The translations under genes were made by a program, and so were the position numbers. The notes under the pieces are model-generated. The model was not told the origin of the DNA, searched no databases, and saw only the letters and a program-made list of their open reading frames with translations. A stretch of 64,000 bases of DNA from Amoebophrya sp. A120 (Eukaryota > Protista > Dinoflagellata): positions 4,488,233 through 4,552,232 of the forward strand of contig CAJINV010000001.1 of NCBI GenBank assembly GCA_905178155.1, in the 5' to 3' direction. Every line of letters starts with the position of its first letter. Position 1 is the stretch's first letter. Shown here piece by piece: positions 36,601 to 48,611 of the stretch.

Positions 36601-39600
36601 CAAAAGTGACATTCATCAGACGCAAAGAATGAACACGAAAACTTTCAATACAGATATGCAACGCGCCGGTGATGGTCATCCAGCAGCGATCTGTCAGCCC
36701 CGTGATCACCAGACGGCTCATCGCTCCCATGTATTCGTAGCCGTAGATGATCCGCGCGTCCACCTGCCGCACGATGCAGTCGTCCACTTCTGTGTCCCAG
36801 TAGAACCGCAGCTGCTGCTGCCACTTGAAACTATTCGTTGAGGTCACGCGCGCCTCCACCAGTTCTTCCACAATATCGCGAAAGTGCACGTCCTGGGTGA
36901 CCAGACAGGTGATACCGCGACGCTGGTTCGCGGTGAGGTCCGTCCGGACCAGCTCGATAAGCTCATCAAGCTGCTGGACCTGCTTGGCGTACGCCTGGGT
37001 CATGGAAAGCGGGACGGGCTCCTTGGAACCTGGCGCAGATTTGATGAAAAACAGTTTATTCCCCGCGTGTTTAAGTACTTCCCTAGCATTCATTCATTCG
37101 ACCAGTTTCAAAACCCGGTCCTGCTTGCCTCTCTACTGAAGCATCAAAAAACCGCTCACCTTTCGTTTTCGAGGCGCTTCTCGGTTCCTCCCTGCTCTTT
37201 GCCGCGGCCATGTTGGAGAGCAAAACCTCCCCCACGTCGGCGGTCCACATGATTGCGCCGACGCAGGCCAACACCTGTACGTACTGCTTTGCGGCCCACT
37301 GCTTTCGCGGGATTTCCTTGTAGTCTTTCCAGCCCTGTTTCACCACCGCGTGCACCGATTTCACCATGGACTCCTCCACTTCGGCCAGCCACTTCTCCAC
37401 GTTTCCGCGCGCTTTCATCGATTTGTAAAACGGCACTTTTTCCTTCTCCGGCGAGAACATGGCCAAAATCTCGTTGGATTTGCCGCCCTGCGCAAAGTCG
37501 AGCCGCACCAGTGCGTCGAAGCACTTGATCAAGTGCGGCTGCACGGCCTGGACGACACGCGCCTGCGACAAAATCGCGAGCAGATCGTCGTTGGAGAGGA
37601 AAAAGAACCGGGGGAACGCGAGACACTTCGACAGCAGGTACTCCTCCAGTGATTTCTGGATCTGATCCAGGGTTTCGTTGTGCTGGACAAAAGTTTGCAA
37701 CCTTCCCTCCTTGGTGCAGCAGAGGATCGCGCTCGGGTTCTCGTAGCACTCCTTCATCGTGTTCTTCCAGTCGGTGTCGACTTCCGTGAATTTCGTGCTT
37801 TCTGCGGGCAGCTGCTTTTTGATGTCGCCGGACGCGAAAATGGACTCCAGGTACATCCAGTTCTTTTGCAAGTTCAGCCACTCGTCGAGCGTCTCCTGGA
37901 ACACCAACAAATCCGAGGCCCACTTCTCGACCTCCTCGCGGATGGGCCCGACAAACCGACTGCCCGCGATGGTGGAGACGTTGACCATGGAATCTTCCAA
38001 ATTGGTGATGATCTCCTCCACATTGCCCAGGATGAACACCTCCTTGCTGTCCTTGTATCTGGCGAGTGGCAAATCGCAGTCCTCCCACACTTTCTTCACC
38101 TTATCCAACATCTCGATGAGCGCAACCTCGGCCGTAGCCTGCCCGCTGATCACCTGCAGCGCCTCGGTGTGCACGTCCACCTTCATCTCCAGCAATCGGC
38201 CGAGCGTGAACTGTGTTATAGGATTTTGAACAATCGTTTCGTCAAAAAGAAGAAACTTTTTGGATGATCATTGAGACATTTGTTTCTGTTCTGCTACCAA
38301 GATACAGAAATAAAAACCGCACCCCTTCGTCCTGCATGTCGACTTCGCCAATGAGCTCGGAGATTTGCTGCCAGTGCCGCTCTTGAAGCGCTTTGTTTCT
38401 CAAGCACTGCACCACTGGGATGGTGTTTTTGAAGACGGCAATTTGCTCCGCCCACTTGGGCGCCACGGCATTGTTCGGCATAGCCTTCGCAGATTGGTTT
38501 GCGGTTTTCAAGTACAACGCAATGTCCTTGTTCATCTGCTCCACATCCACGTTCGTGAACGTGGTCTCCTGCCACCCCGCGGACTGCTGCGTCCAGTTGT
38601 CCAGCCCCCGCCACAGTTTGGCCTTCCCGTTAAACGCCAACTTCAGGTCGTCGCAGTTCTCGAACGCGCCCACCTCCATGCCGAGCTTTTCTTGGTACAC
38701 CTTGTACTTCTCGCCTCGGTCGATCGACTCCAAAACCGCCTGCTCGCACTCGTCGAGGAATTCGAGAATCTGCTTTCGGCCCTCCTCGGTTTCCATCAGG
38801 TCCACCTTGTCAAACATCGGGTCCTTCAATTTTGCCTCGTGGTTCCCAACGTCCGTGTACAGCTGGGGAATTAGACCCTCTAACTGCGCCTGGAACTTCA
38901 CGATCTCCACCTCCATCCGGTCCGTGCCGATCTGGATTGCGCCCTGGCACACGGTCAAATAGTTCGTCATCTCGTTGAAGGCCGCGCGCTCGTTCTTCTC
39001 CAACTTGATTTTGTAAGTCTTGATGATATCCGTTAACCTGATCACCTCTTCCGCGTTCGCCTCCAGGCCCTTGAACCGCTTCGTGAAGTCGTTCAGGTAC
39101 TCGGAGTACGCGACGTACTCACTCACGTCGCGCGCGGTCTGCCCGAGCCTTTCGTTGGCCTGCTGCAGCTCCACGGTGATGACCTTTTGCTTTTCCAGCG
39201 CGAGTTTCGGGATGTACGCGGACATCAGGTCCCAGCAGCGCTGCGGGGAGGGCAGCAGCATCTCCTGCATCCGGCTGCTGTCCAGCTCGAAGAGGTAGAG
39301 GTTCTTCAGCGGCTGAATCGCCCGCATCGCGTCTTGCTGCGCCTTGTACTTGTCCAACGCGGCGACGAGATCGTCCAGCGTCGCGTTCGCGAAGGTCTCG
39401 GTATCAAATGTAAAAATGTCTGGGTCTGGAAGAGTGCATCTTTGTCATGCTTGTCTGTCATGCACGTTACCCAAGAGCACCATTTTTCTGTGATGCAGAA
39501 ACGCAGTTCGTCATGCAGATTAGGCAACACCTAGAAGCTCAGAAACTTGTCATGCTGAGCCAGCATTTGTGGCCTCATCATGAGACGCCACCCAGCATCA

Positions 39601-42156
39601 CAAGTTTCCAGACCCAGACATTTTTACACTTGATACTCGGAGCAGTCCTGCAATAATTCGTTCTCCACGAACATCTCCGCGAAGCCCTTGTACTTACTGG
39701 CGTAGTCGATGACGAGGCCGAAAAGGCTGTCGAAGTTCTTCCCAATCGACAGCAATAAGTCCTTGAAGCCCGGGTCGCTGATGATCAGCAGCGCAAGTTC
39801 CGACGGTGCGGACAGGAGCTCTGCGTTGCTCTGGTCGTCGGGCGACGGCGCCTCGGAGACCGCCTCGCCGCTGGATTTCGTGTACGTGGAAAGCTCCGGC
39901 AGCGTGACGAAGGCGGGGGTTTTTGTCACGGTCTTGAGCCCCTCGAAAAGCGCGTGCTCTAAGTAACTGCGGAACTTACTGGCCGACGGTTTGAACACGA
40001 TCTCGCCCTGGCGCTGCTTGCACTCGACGACGAACGTCGGTGCGACGTTGTCGGGGTAGGGGGCCTTGTATCCTATGTAAAACCGTCCCCACACCAGAGC
40101 CAAGCTGGGGATCTCGCAACACAAATCGAGAAGTTTTGGGGGTCCAGCATGACAAGTTCGTCTCTGTATTGTAGTGCAGTTTAGCAAACACAGCCGCAAC
40201 ACAAATCCATCCACTCATCTTGTCGACAGCATTACAAAGCGCAAAACGCGACTGGAAATGCCTCTCATGTGGATGCGCATTACAAATCTTCCTGTAGCTG
40301 CAAATCTGCATGACAACTCTGGGGTGGGTACATTTTTGCTCAGGATACTTTGCCGGCGTCCTTCTTCTTTTTCGTCGCGGCGGGAGCGTCGTCCGTGTCG
40401 TTCGCCTTCGCCAGGAAATGCTCTAACAACTGCAGTAGCCTTTGCGTGGAAAACGTGATCATCTCCACAATTCCGGTATTCAGCAAATACTGCGCGGTCC
40501 GGATAAACTTCGTCAACTTGCGGCACTGGGTTCTCGTCGTCGCTCTCTCCGTGTACGTTACCGTCTTCTTTTTCTGACTCGCGCCCAGATCGCCGCTGGT
40601 TTCCGCCAGCTGCGTTTCCTCGCTAGCCTCCGCGGTTTCGCCGAATCCGTTTGCCTCCAAAAACTTTGCGAGAGAAACGCGGCACGACTCGACTAATTCT
40701 TGCTTCACCTCCTCCCACAGCTGCTTCAGCTGCTGCAGAATGTCCTGGATTCTCTCCTCCTGGGCCTGCTGAAACTGCGCCAGGGTCCACGTCTGCCGAA
40801 GCGGGATTTCCAAGATGTTCCAGGTGGCAAGCTCGGAACATCTGAAGTTGTGTATCCGTCGTTCTTTGGGTTGAATTCATGCGAGCTGTGATCCAATTGA
40901 TTTGCGGAAGAAGGACGTGAATTGAAGAGAGACAGTCGATGAAAAACACACTTACGAAAAATGACAAAGTACTTTTTTCTGATGTTCAGCAAACTTGTCC
41001 GCAGCGTTGCGTCTAGCAGGAACAAATTTGCGTTGAGCGTTTTACTGCACTTCTTGACCCGCTGCCGCATCATGGCCTTCTTCCACACGGAAAAGAGCTT
41101 CCACCGGCTGTACTTCTTGAAAAATGGGATTTTCAGAATTTTCGAGTGCAAATCCTGCTCCACCTCCCAATCCTCCAGCCGCGAAAAAGTCAGCTCTCCA
41201 TTACAGAAGTGCGTGACACCGCGGGCGGAGATCGTCATGTAGTCATTCGGGTCGATGCGCGAGAAGGGTATTATCTGATAGGGTTTTGTTTTTCGGTCAA
41301 TGTCGTATGTGGAGCAATAAATCCAACTACTGCATGAAGAAGACATTTGAGAAACACCTACACCATTTTTTTCTATCCTCATCAAATGCTTCGATCTTCT
41401 ATACCTCGAAGTCATTCGTCCCCGTTCTTGCCATGTAGCAGAACTCCTCCGACAAGGATTCGTGTTGGGTGATAAAGTTCACGAAATCTCGTGGATTTAT
41501 CACATGGTCTGGGGTTGCGGTAGCAGGCTTGGACATAAAATCCACCTTGCTCTTTGACATCGTGGTCTCCTCTGGCAACGTCGCAGTTTCCTGTATGATT
41601 TTTTCGTTGGTGCCGCGGGGATCGACAAAATTTCAATTCAACACAGCCATCCATGCGTGTACTACTTACCATCAAAAACGCGCCTTCATGTCGCTTCAGC
41701 CATTACTGCCATTTGAACATTGTTCAGGAGTGCTTACCATACCTGTATACTGACCGTTGCTTTCAGTGGCTGCGTTGTCGCAAGAGGATGCGTCGACGCT
41801 GCTGCAGTTGGTGATTTGGTTGGGCTTCCCGCCTTCTCCTCCGCCTTCTTTATCCGGGAGATGACATTGATCCCGCCCTTGCCATCGTACTCCGAAGCCG
41901 GGGGCAGGGCAAAGGGTCGGTAGCTGGTATGCGGGACGGGGAGTGGTGCTCCGTAGACCGGCTTACTGGAAGAGCTGGCCGCCGCGAGTCCGGAAGCTCC
42001 GACGGAGCTGCTCTTCGGTAGGGACGACGACGAACTGGCCAGTTTTGGCCGTTTGGCGGCATTCGGGGCGCCCTGCTGGTAGAGCCGGGAATACAGCAGC
42101 GCCTCACTGGCCCCCGCATCGGCCTCATTGGGCCGCTTCTTGTCCGGTTGGCTCAT
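24643..42156 (-). CDS. DNAH6: Axonemal inner-arm dynein heavy chain (DNAH6-like); many canonical introns + 8 introner introns
   Basis: AAA1 GPAGTGKTE, CLDEFNRI, FITMNPGYAGRTELPDNLK. AAA2 GPTTGGKS. AAA3 LTGVTGVGKS. AAA4 LVGVGGSGR. WPLMIDPQ, WVLLQNCHL, C-terminal YKTSIRAGTLSTTGHSTNFV. The start at 42156 and the DNAH6 subtype are less certain than the dynein call. Confidence 0.93.
24889..25194. mobile_element. Introner/MITE family F (306 bp), TSD TCCGC
   Basis: ~50-bp TIR tatggaagcgtcagaatcgaaattgacaaaatcgaaa / tttcgactttgtcgatttcgatcctgacacatccata. tccgc at 24884-24888 and 25195-25199. Join NMCLA-EQDYGIMY. Confidence 0.92.
26189..26387. repeat. 76-bp direct duplication inside a canonical dynein intron
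   Basis: 26189-26264 and 26312-26387, with 2 mismatches. Confidence 0.85.
26869..27523. mobile_element. Introner/MITE family G (655 bp), TSD AAAGT
   Basis: TIR tatcgcaagaaaagctcccccctccccatattgaaa / tttcgatatggggagggaggattttttcctttgata. aaagt at 26864-26868 and 27524-27528. Join KVDTF-RAYAERLPLTEQPEVFGMHENA (conserved dynein motif). Confidence 0.9.
30623..30874. mobile_element. Introner/MITE family A (252 bp), TSD CGACT/CAACT
   Basis: Near-perfect 30-bp TIR. TSD copies differ by 1 nt. Join VKEMSE-(S/L)LDKA. Confidence 0.92.
30954..31232. mobile_element. Introner/MITE family D (279 bp), TSD CGTGC
   Basis: TIR tatcctgagtaaaaacgtccccacacca / tggtgtgggtacgtttttactcaggata. Join SLCMWTH-AMDIYSKV. 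Confidence 0.93.
31409..31699. mobile_element. Introner/MITE family D (291 bp, opposite orientation to 30954 copy), TSD TCTTC
   Basis: tcttc at 31404-31408 and 31700-31704. Join DWDGAK-KVLNDSGFIDRL. Confidence 0.92.
33915..34218. mobile_element. Introner/MITE family C (304 bp, opposite orientation to 8383 copy), TSD CCGTG
   Basis: TIR tattacaatgaaaaatgcccccacc / ggtgggggcatttttcattgtaata. Join KLVSHG-APVYLTGVTGVGKS, just before the AAA3 P-loop. Confidence 0.94.
39402..39635. mobile_element. Introner/MITE family A (234 bp), TSD CTCGG
   Basis: Family A TIRs. ctcgg at 39397-39401 and 39636-39640. Join LQDCSE-TFANATLDDL. Confidence 0.93.
40069..40347. mobile_element. Introner/MITE family D (279 bp), TSD CCTTG/CTTTG; GT-AG-compatible intron 40348->40065
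   Basis: Family D TIRs. Minus strand AAA|GTATCC...GATACAAG|GCC. Join KDAGK-APYPDNV. Confidence 0.92.
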
Positions 42157-42860
42157 ATTTCCCGAGTCCCCGGAATCGTCATTTTTGTATAGTCTACGGG
42201 TTGCTGATCAGCCGAAGTGGCGGCTGTCACAAAACGGACAGCACACCACGACAGCACGAGCGCGGTACAAAATCACGACAAAGCCCGCACTATATTGTTC
42301 AATCGCAGAAACGAACATCTTGGCAACGTACCAAGGCACATCGCAAGCGATCCGACCACGAGCATGATCTCTCTGTCTCTCTGGAAAGCGAACGATCTGT
42401 ACATCAGTCTCCCTCAATCGTAGTCGAGATCATCAACGACAGAGGCGATCTTTCTCTTCCTACTGGCTTACGACACCGCCGACTGGGAGTCGAGGGATTC
42501 AAAACAAGAGGCATCGTACATCAACAGACAAAACCCGCAGATGACGGTCTTTACTGGAAACACGCATAATGATAAATTAATTTCCTTTTCCTTCATACGA
42601 TTGCGCCACGTAACCGAGGCCGGAGTACTGTTGCCATCGCACTGCAACTCTCTTATCGTGCAAATTTATCTGTCCATTGTTGCTTGGCAGTTGCGGTCAG
42701 AATTAAAAACCGATCCTGTCCTAACGCATCATAGAAGGTCTTGAATAATCATTCATCGCAGTTTTCGTTTCCCAATGCAAAATTCGCTCCTACACCGCCC
42801 TCCAAAGCAGCACGACACTAGCATGCTCCGCGCTGCCCCACTCCGCAATTGAATCCTCCC

Positions 42861-45150
42861 TCACGACGCACTGGTCGCCACCTGCCACCAAGCGTCTTTC
42901 CTCTCCCCAAACTGCAAATTGAAGGCAAAGGCCACCCGGGTCAACGGCGATCCGCTGTGCGCGCCGACAAAGTGGATCAAGTACGAAGGGAAGCAGACGA
43001 GGTCCCCGGACTGCGTGAACACGTAGTGCGGGTGGTGGAAGGGTGGCCCCGGCTGCCACTCCCTCCGCAATCGCTTCTCCCGGTCGCGCTCAGTTTTGAC
43101 CTTTTTCGCCCCGTTCTTGTAGTTTTTCTTCGTTTCCGCGTCTTGCGCGACCGACCCGGTTGTGATGTTCTGCTCCTTGCCAAACGTGCTCTTTTCGTAC
43201 ACAAACGCCGCCGACTCGTAGTCGCGCAACACGGAGCCGCCTCGCGGGTCGACCAGAGCAAGCGGTGTGCGATTCGGGTCCGAAGCCAGGTAGTACACGC
43301 AGCTGACTAGCGAATCCTGGTGCGCGTGCACGTGGTGCCGCCCGCCTTTGGGCAAGTACACCTGCGCCCAGAGCACCGCCGAGCCGCGCAGATTTCGCAC
43401 ACTATCGGCGAAACGTTCCTTTCCGAGTAAGTGCTGCGCGTAGGCGACGGCTTCGGCGCGCACCACGTCCGATATTTTGTACACCTCCTTACTGACTTTG
43501 TGTAACTCCGGCCACTGTTTCTTGATGCGCTTGTTCCATTCCTTGCGTTCCGAAAGGTTGTCGTAGTAGAGCAGTTGCTTCCCGGGCGAGGCCTTGGACG
43601 CCGCAGCGGCGGCTTTCGTGACCGAGCTCGTTTTCTTGCCGCGAGTTTTGTCATCCTCCTCTTGCGGATGCAGCACCATCTCGATGTTGTCTTGCCATAT
43701 CTGAAAAAACCTGTCCGACAGCGAGACAAAATGCTCGTTCCGGACCTCATCCTCATCCGCGTTGTCTATTTGAGGATCCTCGTCGCTGCTATCTCGTGTA
43801 GTTCCCGCCCGCTTCGCCGCTTTTTCCCGCTCCAGCTGCTCATGCAATTGCCGCATCTTGTTCTCGAACACCTTGGCGACCTTGCTCCGGCTTTCCGGCG
43901 TGATGCTGTCGATGTGTTTCACGCCGACCCGGGTGGCGAAGAGAGGCTCCGTGTGCCAGACAGACGGAGTTTGCCCACTCGGGGTCACGTACTCAATCGT
44001 AGTTGCGTTCATCTTCTCGACAGAAGTGGCTCTTTCTGCGCGTGCAGCTGCGGTTTCTGGTGAGGCGAGAACCTGCTGGGGTTCTGTGATTTGATTGTAT
44101 TTCGCTATTTGTGGTGGCAAGAATTGTCCCAGCGAATTCTCCACATCGTAAAAGGGCGGTCCGTCCTTCCGGAACCGGAGAACGAGCGGATGATCTTCCG
44201 GTTTGTTTTTAAGCCACTCGTCGACACTCTTGCGGACGAACTGCGAGCTGCGCGCCCGGGACTTTTTCACTGCTTTCTTGATGCTAGTACCCCGCTTCTG
44301 CAGCTGCTTCTGCAGGGAGGAGGATGAACCGGTGGAGGATGGGACGACGGGCTCGTTGTTCTCGTCGTCGTCTTCTGAGCTCTCCTCCTCCTGCGGCTCG
44401 GTCTGGAAAGCCAGTTTGTCAAGATCGATTGCGCGGTTGAGAAGACCAAAACTGTACACCAGATTGGAGCTGTGCCCGCGACCTGTTTTTGGGTTGAGCT
44501 TGATAATGATGGTGCGTTTTGTTAAACAAACGAAAACGCTTGATCAGACATATACGGGTGTAAAGAAGAGCGAATCCACATATAGCTGTCCCCATTCAAA
44601 TTGTACCGTCGCTCGCTTCTTCGTCCTGCTCTGCTAGTTCAGCAGTCCTTAAAATTAGCAAGCCGGCGCGGAACCAGACGGCAGGCAGGCTAGGGGCCAT
44701 TTCCAGGGCCGCAACGATGTGGTTTTGCGCTTCGAACAGTTTCACGAATGGGTCACTCTGCGACGGGTCCCTGCCGCTGGCCTGCTTGAACGCAATGTCG
44801 ATCAGTCTTTCCGCCTCGCCTAGATACCAGGGCGCGCGGGCTTCCGCGAAGCTGTGCACCCACTGGGCTGCGTTGGGCCGCGCCGCGGCCGTGGTGTGTG
44901 CCCGCATGGTTATGGGTGGAGGAAGGCGTAGGCTTTCTGATTGCTCCGGGGAGATTTTTGCTGTGCGCGCAGCTTGGAAAAAATCGCCAGGGGAGCCCGC
45001 GAGATCCGTCGTTGTGGACAAAGCGAACTCGCTGCAGTTCTCGTCTGCTGCGTCGTCCACCGAGCATTTTGGCGGCACTGGGGGATCGGCTGCGGCGTGG
45101 GTAAACCGAAGTAGAAAGAAAAAGCAAAACGAAAGTGAGAGAGCCATCAT
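42861..45150 (-). CDS. Secreted protein with TPR-like segment and C-terminal 2OG-Fe(II) oxygenase (TIGR02466-like) domain
   Basis: Signal peptide MMALSLSFCFFFLLRFTHAAA. HxH motif WAQVY..GGRHHVHAHQDSLVSCVYY, then LVDPRG, GDLVCFPSYLIHFV, RVAFAFN. ORFs 44596-45150 and 42861-44459 are probably joined by an intron. Confidence 0.75.
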
Positions 45151-45642
45151 CTTCTGGTCGAGTATTCACGTATCGAAGTCGCCCTATTTGACTTTGCCAT
45201 GAGTCACGAAATAGAAGCGTAGTTATTCAAATTGAGATTGACACTTGTCTCTCACACACAGCAAAGGAGATGAAAAGCAACTGCCAACCAACACCGGACA
45301 TTTGCGTAACTCCTGAAACGTGCAAACACAAAACTTGACAGAGATAAGCCAGCTCCAGATCAACGAAGCAGTGGCACCACACCAGCACGTTGAGAGATTC
45401 TATTTGTTTTCTTCAGAAGCGGTGCGGCATTTTGAAAAGCCAAACAGAACGTCAAAAAAAGTGAAAGATCAAAAGCGAAAAAAAGGATCCGGTGCTAGCT
45501 CACAAGTTTCTGAGAGTGGGAGCGAAGTAATGTATCTTCTCGAGGTGGTAGAGTTCCGTTTTTGTTTCAAAAAAGTTTCAGAAAACAAGTCGCCAGCAAG
45601 CCCCACACTCAATTTTTGCAGCACTGTGTTGAATCTGAGTAC

Positions 45643-47539
45643 TTACATGGAGATGTAGGAATTCAATGTGTTATCGATCCCAACTACCTCGAAAGGGGAC
45701 ACTGTCGACTTCTGCAAGCGCAGAGCGGTTGCAACAAGTTCGTAGGAATTCAATGTCTTATCGATCCCAACTACCTCGAAAGGGGACACTGTCAACTTCT
45801 GCAAGCGCAGAGCGGTTGCAACAAGTTCGTAGTCCAGCCTCATTTTCTCGCCACTCGTTAGCGAAGCTCTCACCTGGTCCAGCAGCTCGTCGGAACAATA
45901 CCACGCGTGCTTTACGGTCCACTCCGCCACAAACTGTTCACGGCGCAACTGTTCGCCACACAGGCCCACCGCAGCGGTATAATTATCCTGCCAAGCGCGC
46001 CGCTTGCCTGCAGACAAAAGCATCGCCTTTTTCTGTTCGTAGTTCTCGTCTTTCTGGTCGAGCGCATCCACTTTTTCATGCATCAACTGCTGTCCCAGTC
46101 CGTGATCGGTCGTCTCCAGCTGCCACACGATGACCCGCTCTTCCCGGAATCTCTTCCGAAATTGCGATGGACTCAACCCTTCCACCAACCGCAAGAAAAA
46201 AGGATAGTCCATACTTTTCCACCCAAGTCGCTGCTTTTTCGGGATCCAGTTTTCAATCCGTTCGGTGGTGAAGTGACTGCGGAAAAAATGGCGCGCAGCA
46301 TCGTCCAAGCCCAGGATGATTTTCCGATTTTTTTCTGCTATACACCTTTGGTGGAGCCCTCTTGCCACCACATCCGGTTTTGGGAGGCTGTAGCCTAGCC
46401 CTAGTTGGCGACTTTTCCGCAAAATTCTCAAAACAGCGCTCGCGGGATTCCCCTCCATAGTTTCAAACGGTGCCAGCTGCAATTTTGTTCCCTCGTAGGC
46501 TTCACCGCGTTCACAAGCCACAGCAAGGTTGCAGTCAGTCCCGGGCGCCGGCAACAAGGCGAGCTTGGCCATGCTCTTGCACCACGTATCAAAATCCGGA
46601 GTAGTGTATTTGCGCGGCGCCTCCGCTTGGGCGGACCAGGTCACGACAGGGCTCGCACCATCATCATTCGGGTTGCTCGTATAGCACGGCACCCATTTGA
46701 ACGCAATGTCGTACCCGATTCGGATGCAGTTGATGTCGAAGCCCTGGATCAGCCGTTCTATCTCGGCGTGGTTGGTGTTGATGAAGTTCAACTCTATCAA
46801 TTTGCCGCCTATCATAACCTCCTCGCTCGTGACCTTCAGCAGCCGATGACGCCAGACGCGGTCCGTTTCCAGCTCTGCGAGTACGTCCTTCGCGTCGGAG
46901 CAAAAAAAAATATCTACATCGTTGTAGGGGAGTTTGGTTGTATGAAAAGAAAAAAGTTCGCCAAGGTCACCACTCGGCAAGTTTTGCATAACAAAGTTCT
47001 GTCACAGCTCTTTCTTGTTTTCTTATATTGCACAAACAAAAGGGAGTTCGCATCTCAAACTTGACTGTGATGCATTTTGATTTTTAGTACGGACGACAGA
47101 CAAGAGTTTGAGCTTCGCATTGCAAAAACGCGCATGCGTGACCGCGACGGACTTTTTTTGTTGGATATGTTTTGCCCTGCGAAGCCTCAAACACCGCCAG
47201 TGCGCTGGGGTAGCTTCCGGCAATCATGTAGTTGCAGCATGGACGCTTTAATTTCGCTGCTAGAGTCTTGGTCGCGACCGAAACCACGGCCGATAGCGGC
47301 AAAGGCTTGTCGATTTCGACGGCCGGTTTCGGAAAAAGGATTCTAAGTAAAGGATTCTCGGGCTCTTTCGTTTCCTCGTCCTTGTCGAGCTTTCGGGCCT
47401 CGGACAGAGCTTCGTCGTCGGAAGGAGGATCAACATGAAATGTAAGACTCCGTGAATCGAAACCGCCAAGCGAAGGCAGCTCGTCCGGATCCTGGGTATT
47501 GCTCTCTACCGAGCGCATACGCTTGTTCACTGCAGCCAT
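45643..47539 (-). CDS. Nucleotidyltransferase-like protein (Pol beta fold), paralog 1
   Basis: After introner removal: YMIAGSYPSA...GKT-KLPYNDVDIFF...IELNFI...LIQGFDINCIRIGY, i.e. a GS + DxD + FD pattern. Confidence 0.65.
45655..45832. repeat. 87-bp in-frame tandem duplication (29 aa x2)
   Basis: Units 45655-45741 and 45742-45828 encode YELVATALRLQK(L/S)TVSPFEVVGID(K/N)TLNS twice. Confidence 0.92.
46941..47167. mobile_element. Introner/MITE family B' (227 bp), degenerate TSD GGTTG/TGTTT
   Basis: Termini and interior match the 4725-4930 copy (gcattgcaaaaacgcgcatgcgtgaccgcgacggactttttttgttggata). Removing element + 5 nt is in frame. Confidence 0.87.
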
Positions 47540-48396
47540 GGTGCGTGTTGGTCGTGCTTGTCGTTGTCGCTCGCCAAAAGGATTTATTTTTTGTTTTTAT
47601 GTTGAGAGAATGAATTCCGATGGGGATAACATTCAGTAAGTCTTGCAATCTTTCATTTTCATTTTGTTTACACAAAGAAATTTCGTACGGGATTGATACA
47701 GTGGAAACCAGAAATGAGTGCAGTGGATACTTGGTTTGGAATCAAAGAGTCGCTATATTACATACTTTAGAGGTTTTCTGATAAAGATCAGCAATGACGC
47801 GTTACGAGAAAACAACCGACAATTGAAAGTCGTGACAAAAAGTTTGTGTACACTGAAAGCCAATTAACGTAAACCTCATGTCGCGGATAGAGACGCACGC
47901 TGTTTTTTCTTGTTCCTGTTGCGGTGTGTAGTGGTGACAGTCTTCACTAACATCAAGTGTTACAACTATGGACTGACGATTACGAAATCCGCAGATCCTG
48001 CAGTGTGTGCGTGAAGCACGTTCGACAGTCAGACGCCCAAATAAGAGATGCGTTTTTCACGAAAGCAGTGAACCTTCATCGTCTTGCAGCAAAAGTGGGC
48101 CTTCGCCTTCTTCGTACACCTACCAGCAGAATAATTCGCAACACTAGAAGGATCTTTTCATCTTCAGACCTCGCAGCAACATGATCCCTCGTGATCTTGA
48201 CGCTTCAGCAGTTGCTTCTTGACTCACGACAGTGATCGCAGAGACTTTTCGCGTCACGATAACCACATCCAGCGAAACGCGGCTCTTCAGAAAGAAGCCA
48301 ACCGCTTCCAGTTCCTGCTGAACAGTCCAACTCGCTCGGCGAAACTGCCGCCAAACAGCGCCGCTTTATTATTTGCATGGTCGATACACAGTATTT

Positions 48397-48437
48397 TTGA
48401 GCATTAGCACAGCATTGTTGAGCATTAGCACAGCATT
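48397..48437. repeat. 21-bp tandem duplication, intergenic
   Basis: ttgagcattagcacagcatt(g) x2. Confidence 0.7.
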
Positions 48438-48611
48438 TGACGTCTCACTATAGACAAAACAAGAATAAGAGATGTAGCTCGTCGAAACAACTCACACATA
48501 GTTTCTGTTTCTTCCGTCACTTATCCTTGACATTGGCACTCCACTTCCTATTTGACTGTTACTTTTTATCATTGCGGGATCGAGCACGACGAGAATCGGA
48601 ATGAGAATCTA

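Noticed and set aside
451-38962. Long plus-strand ORFs (451-1614, 5673-6869, 9136-10248, 32469-33980, 38393-38962, etc.)
   Set aside because: They are antisense shadows of GC3-biased minus-strand genes and have no motifs of their own.
24643-42156. Dynein (and the giant gene) as transposon-killed pseudogenes
   Set aside because: No other stops or frameshifts were seen in exons, catalytic motifs are intact, and every insertion is removable in frame.
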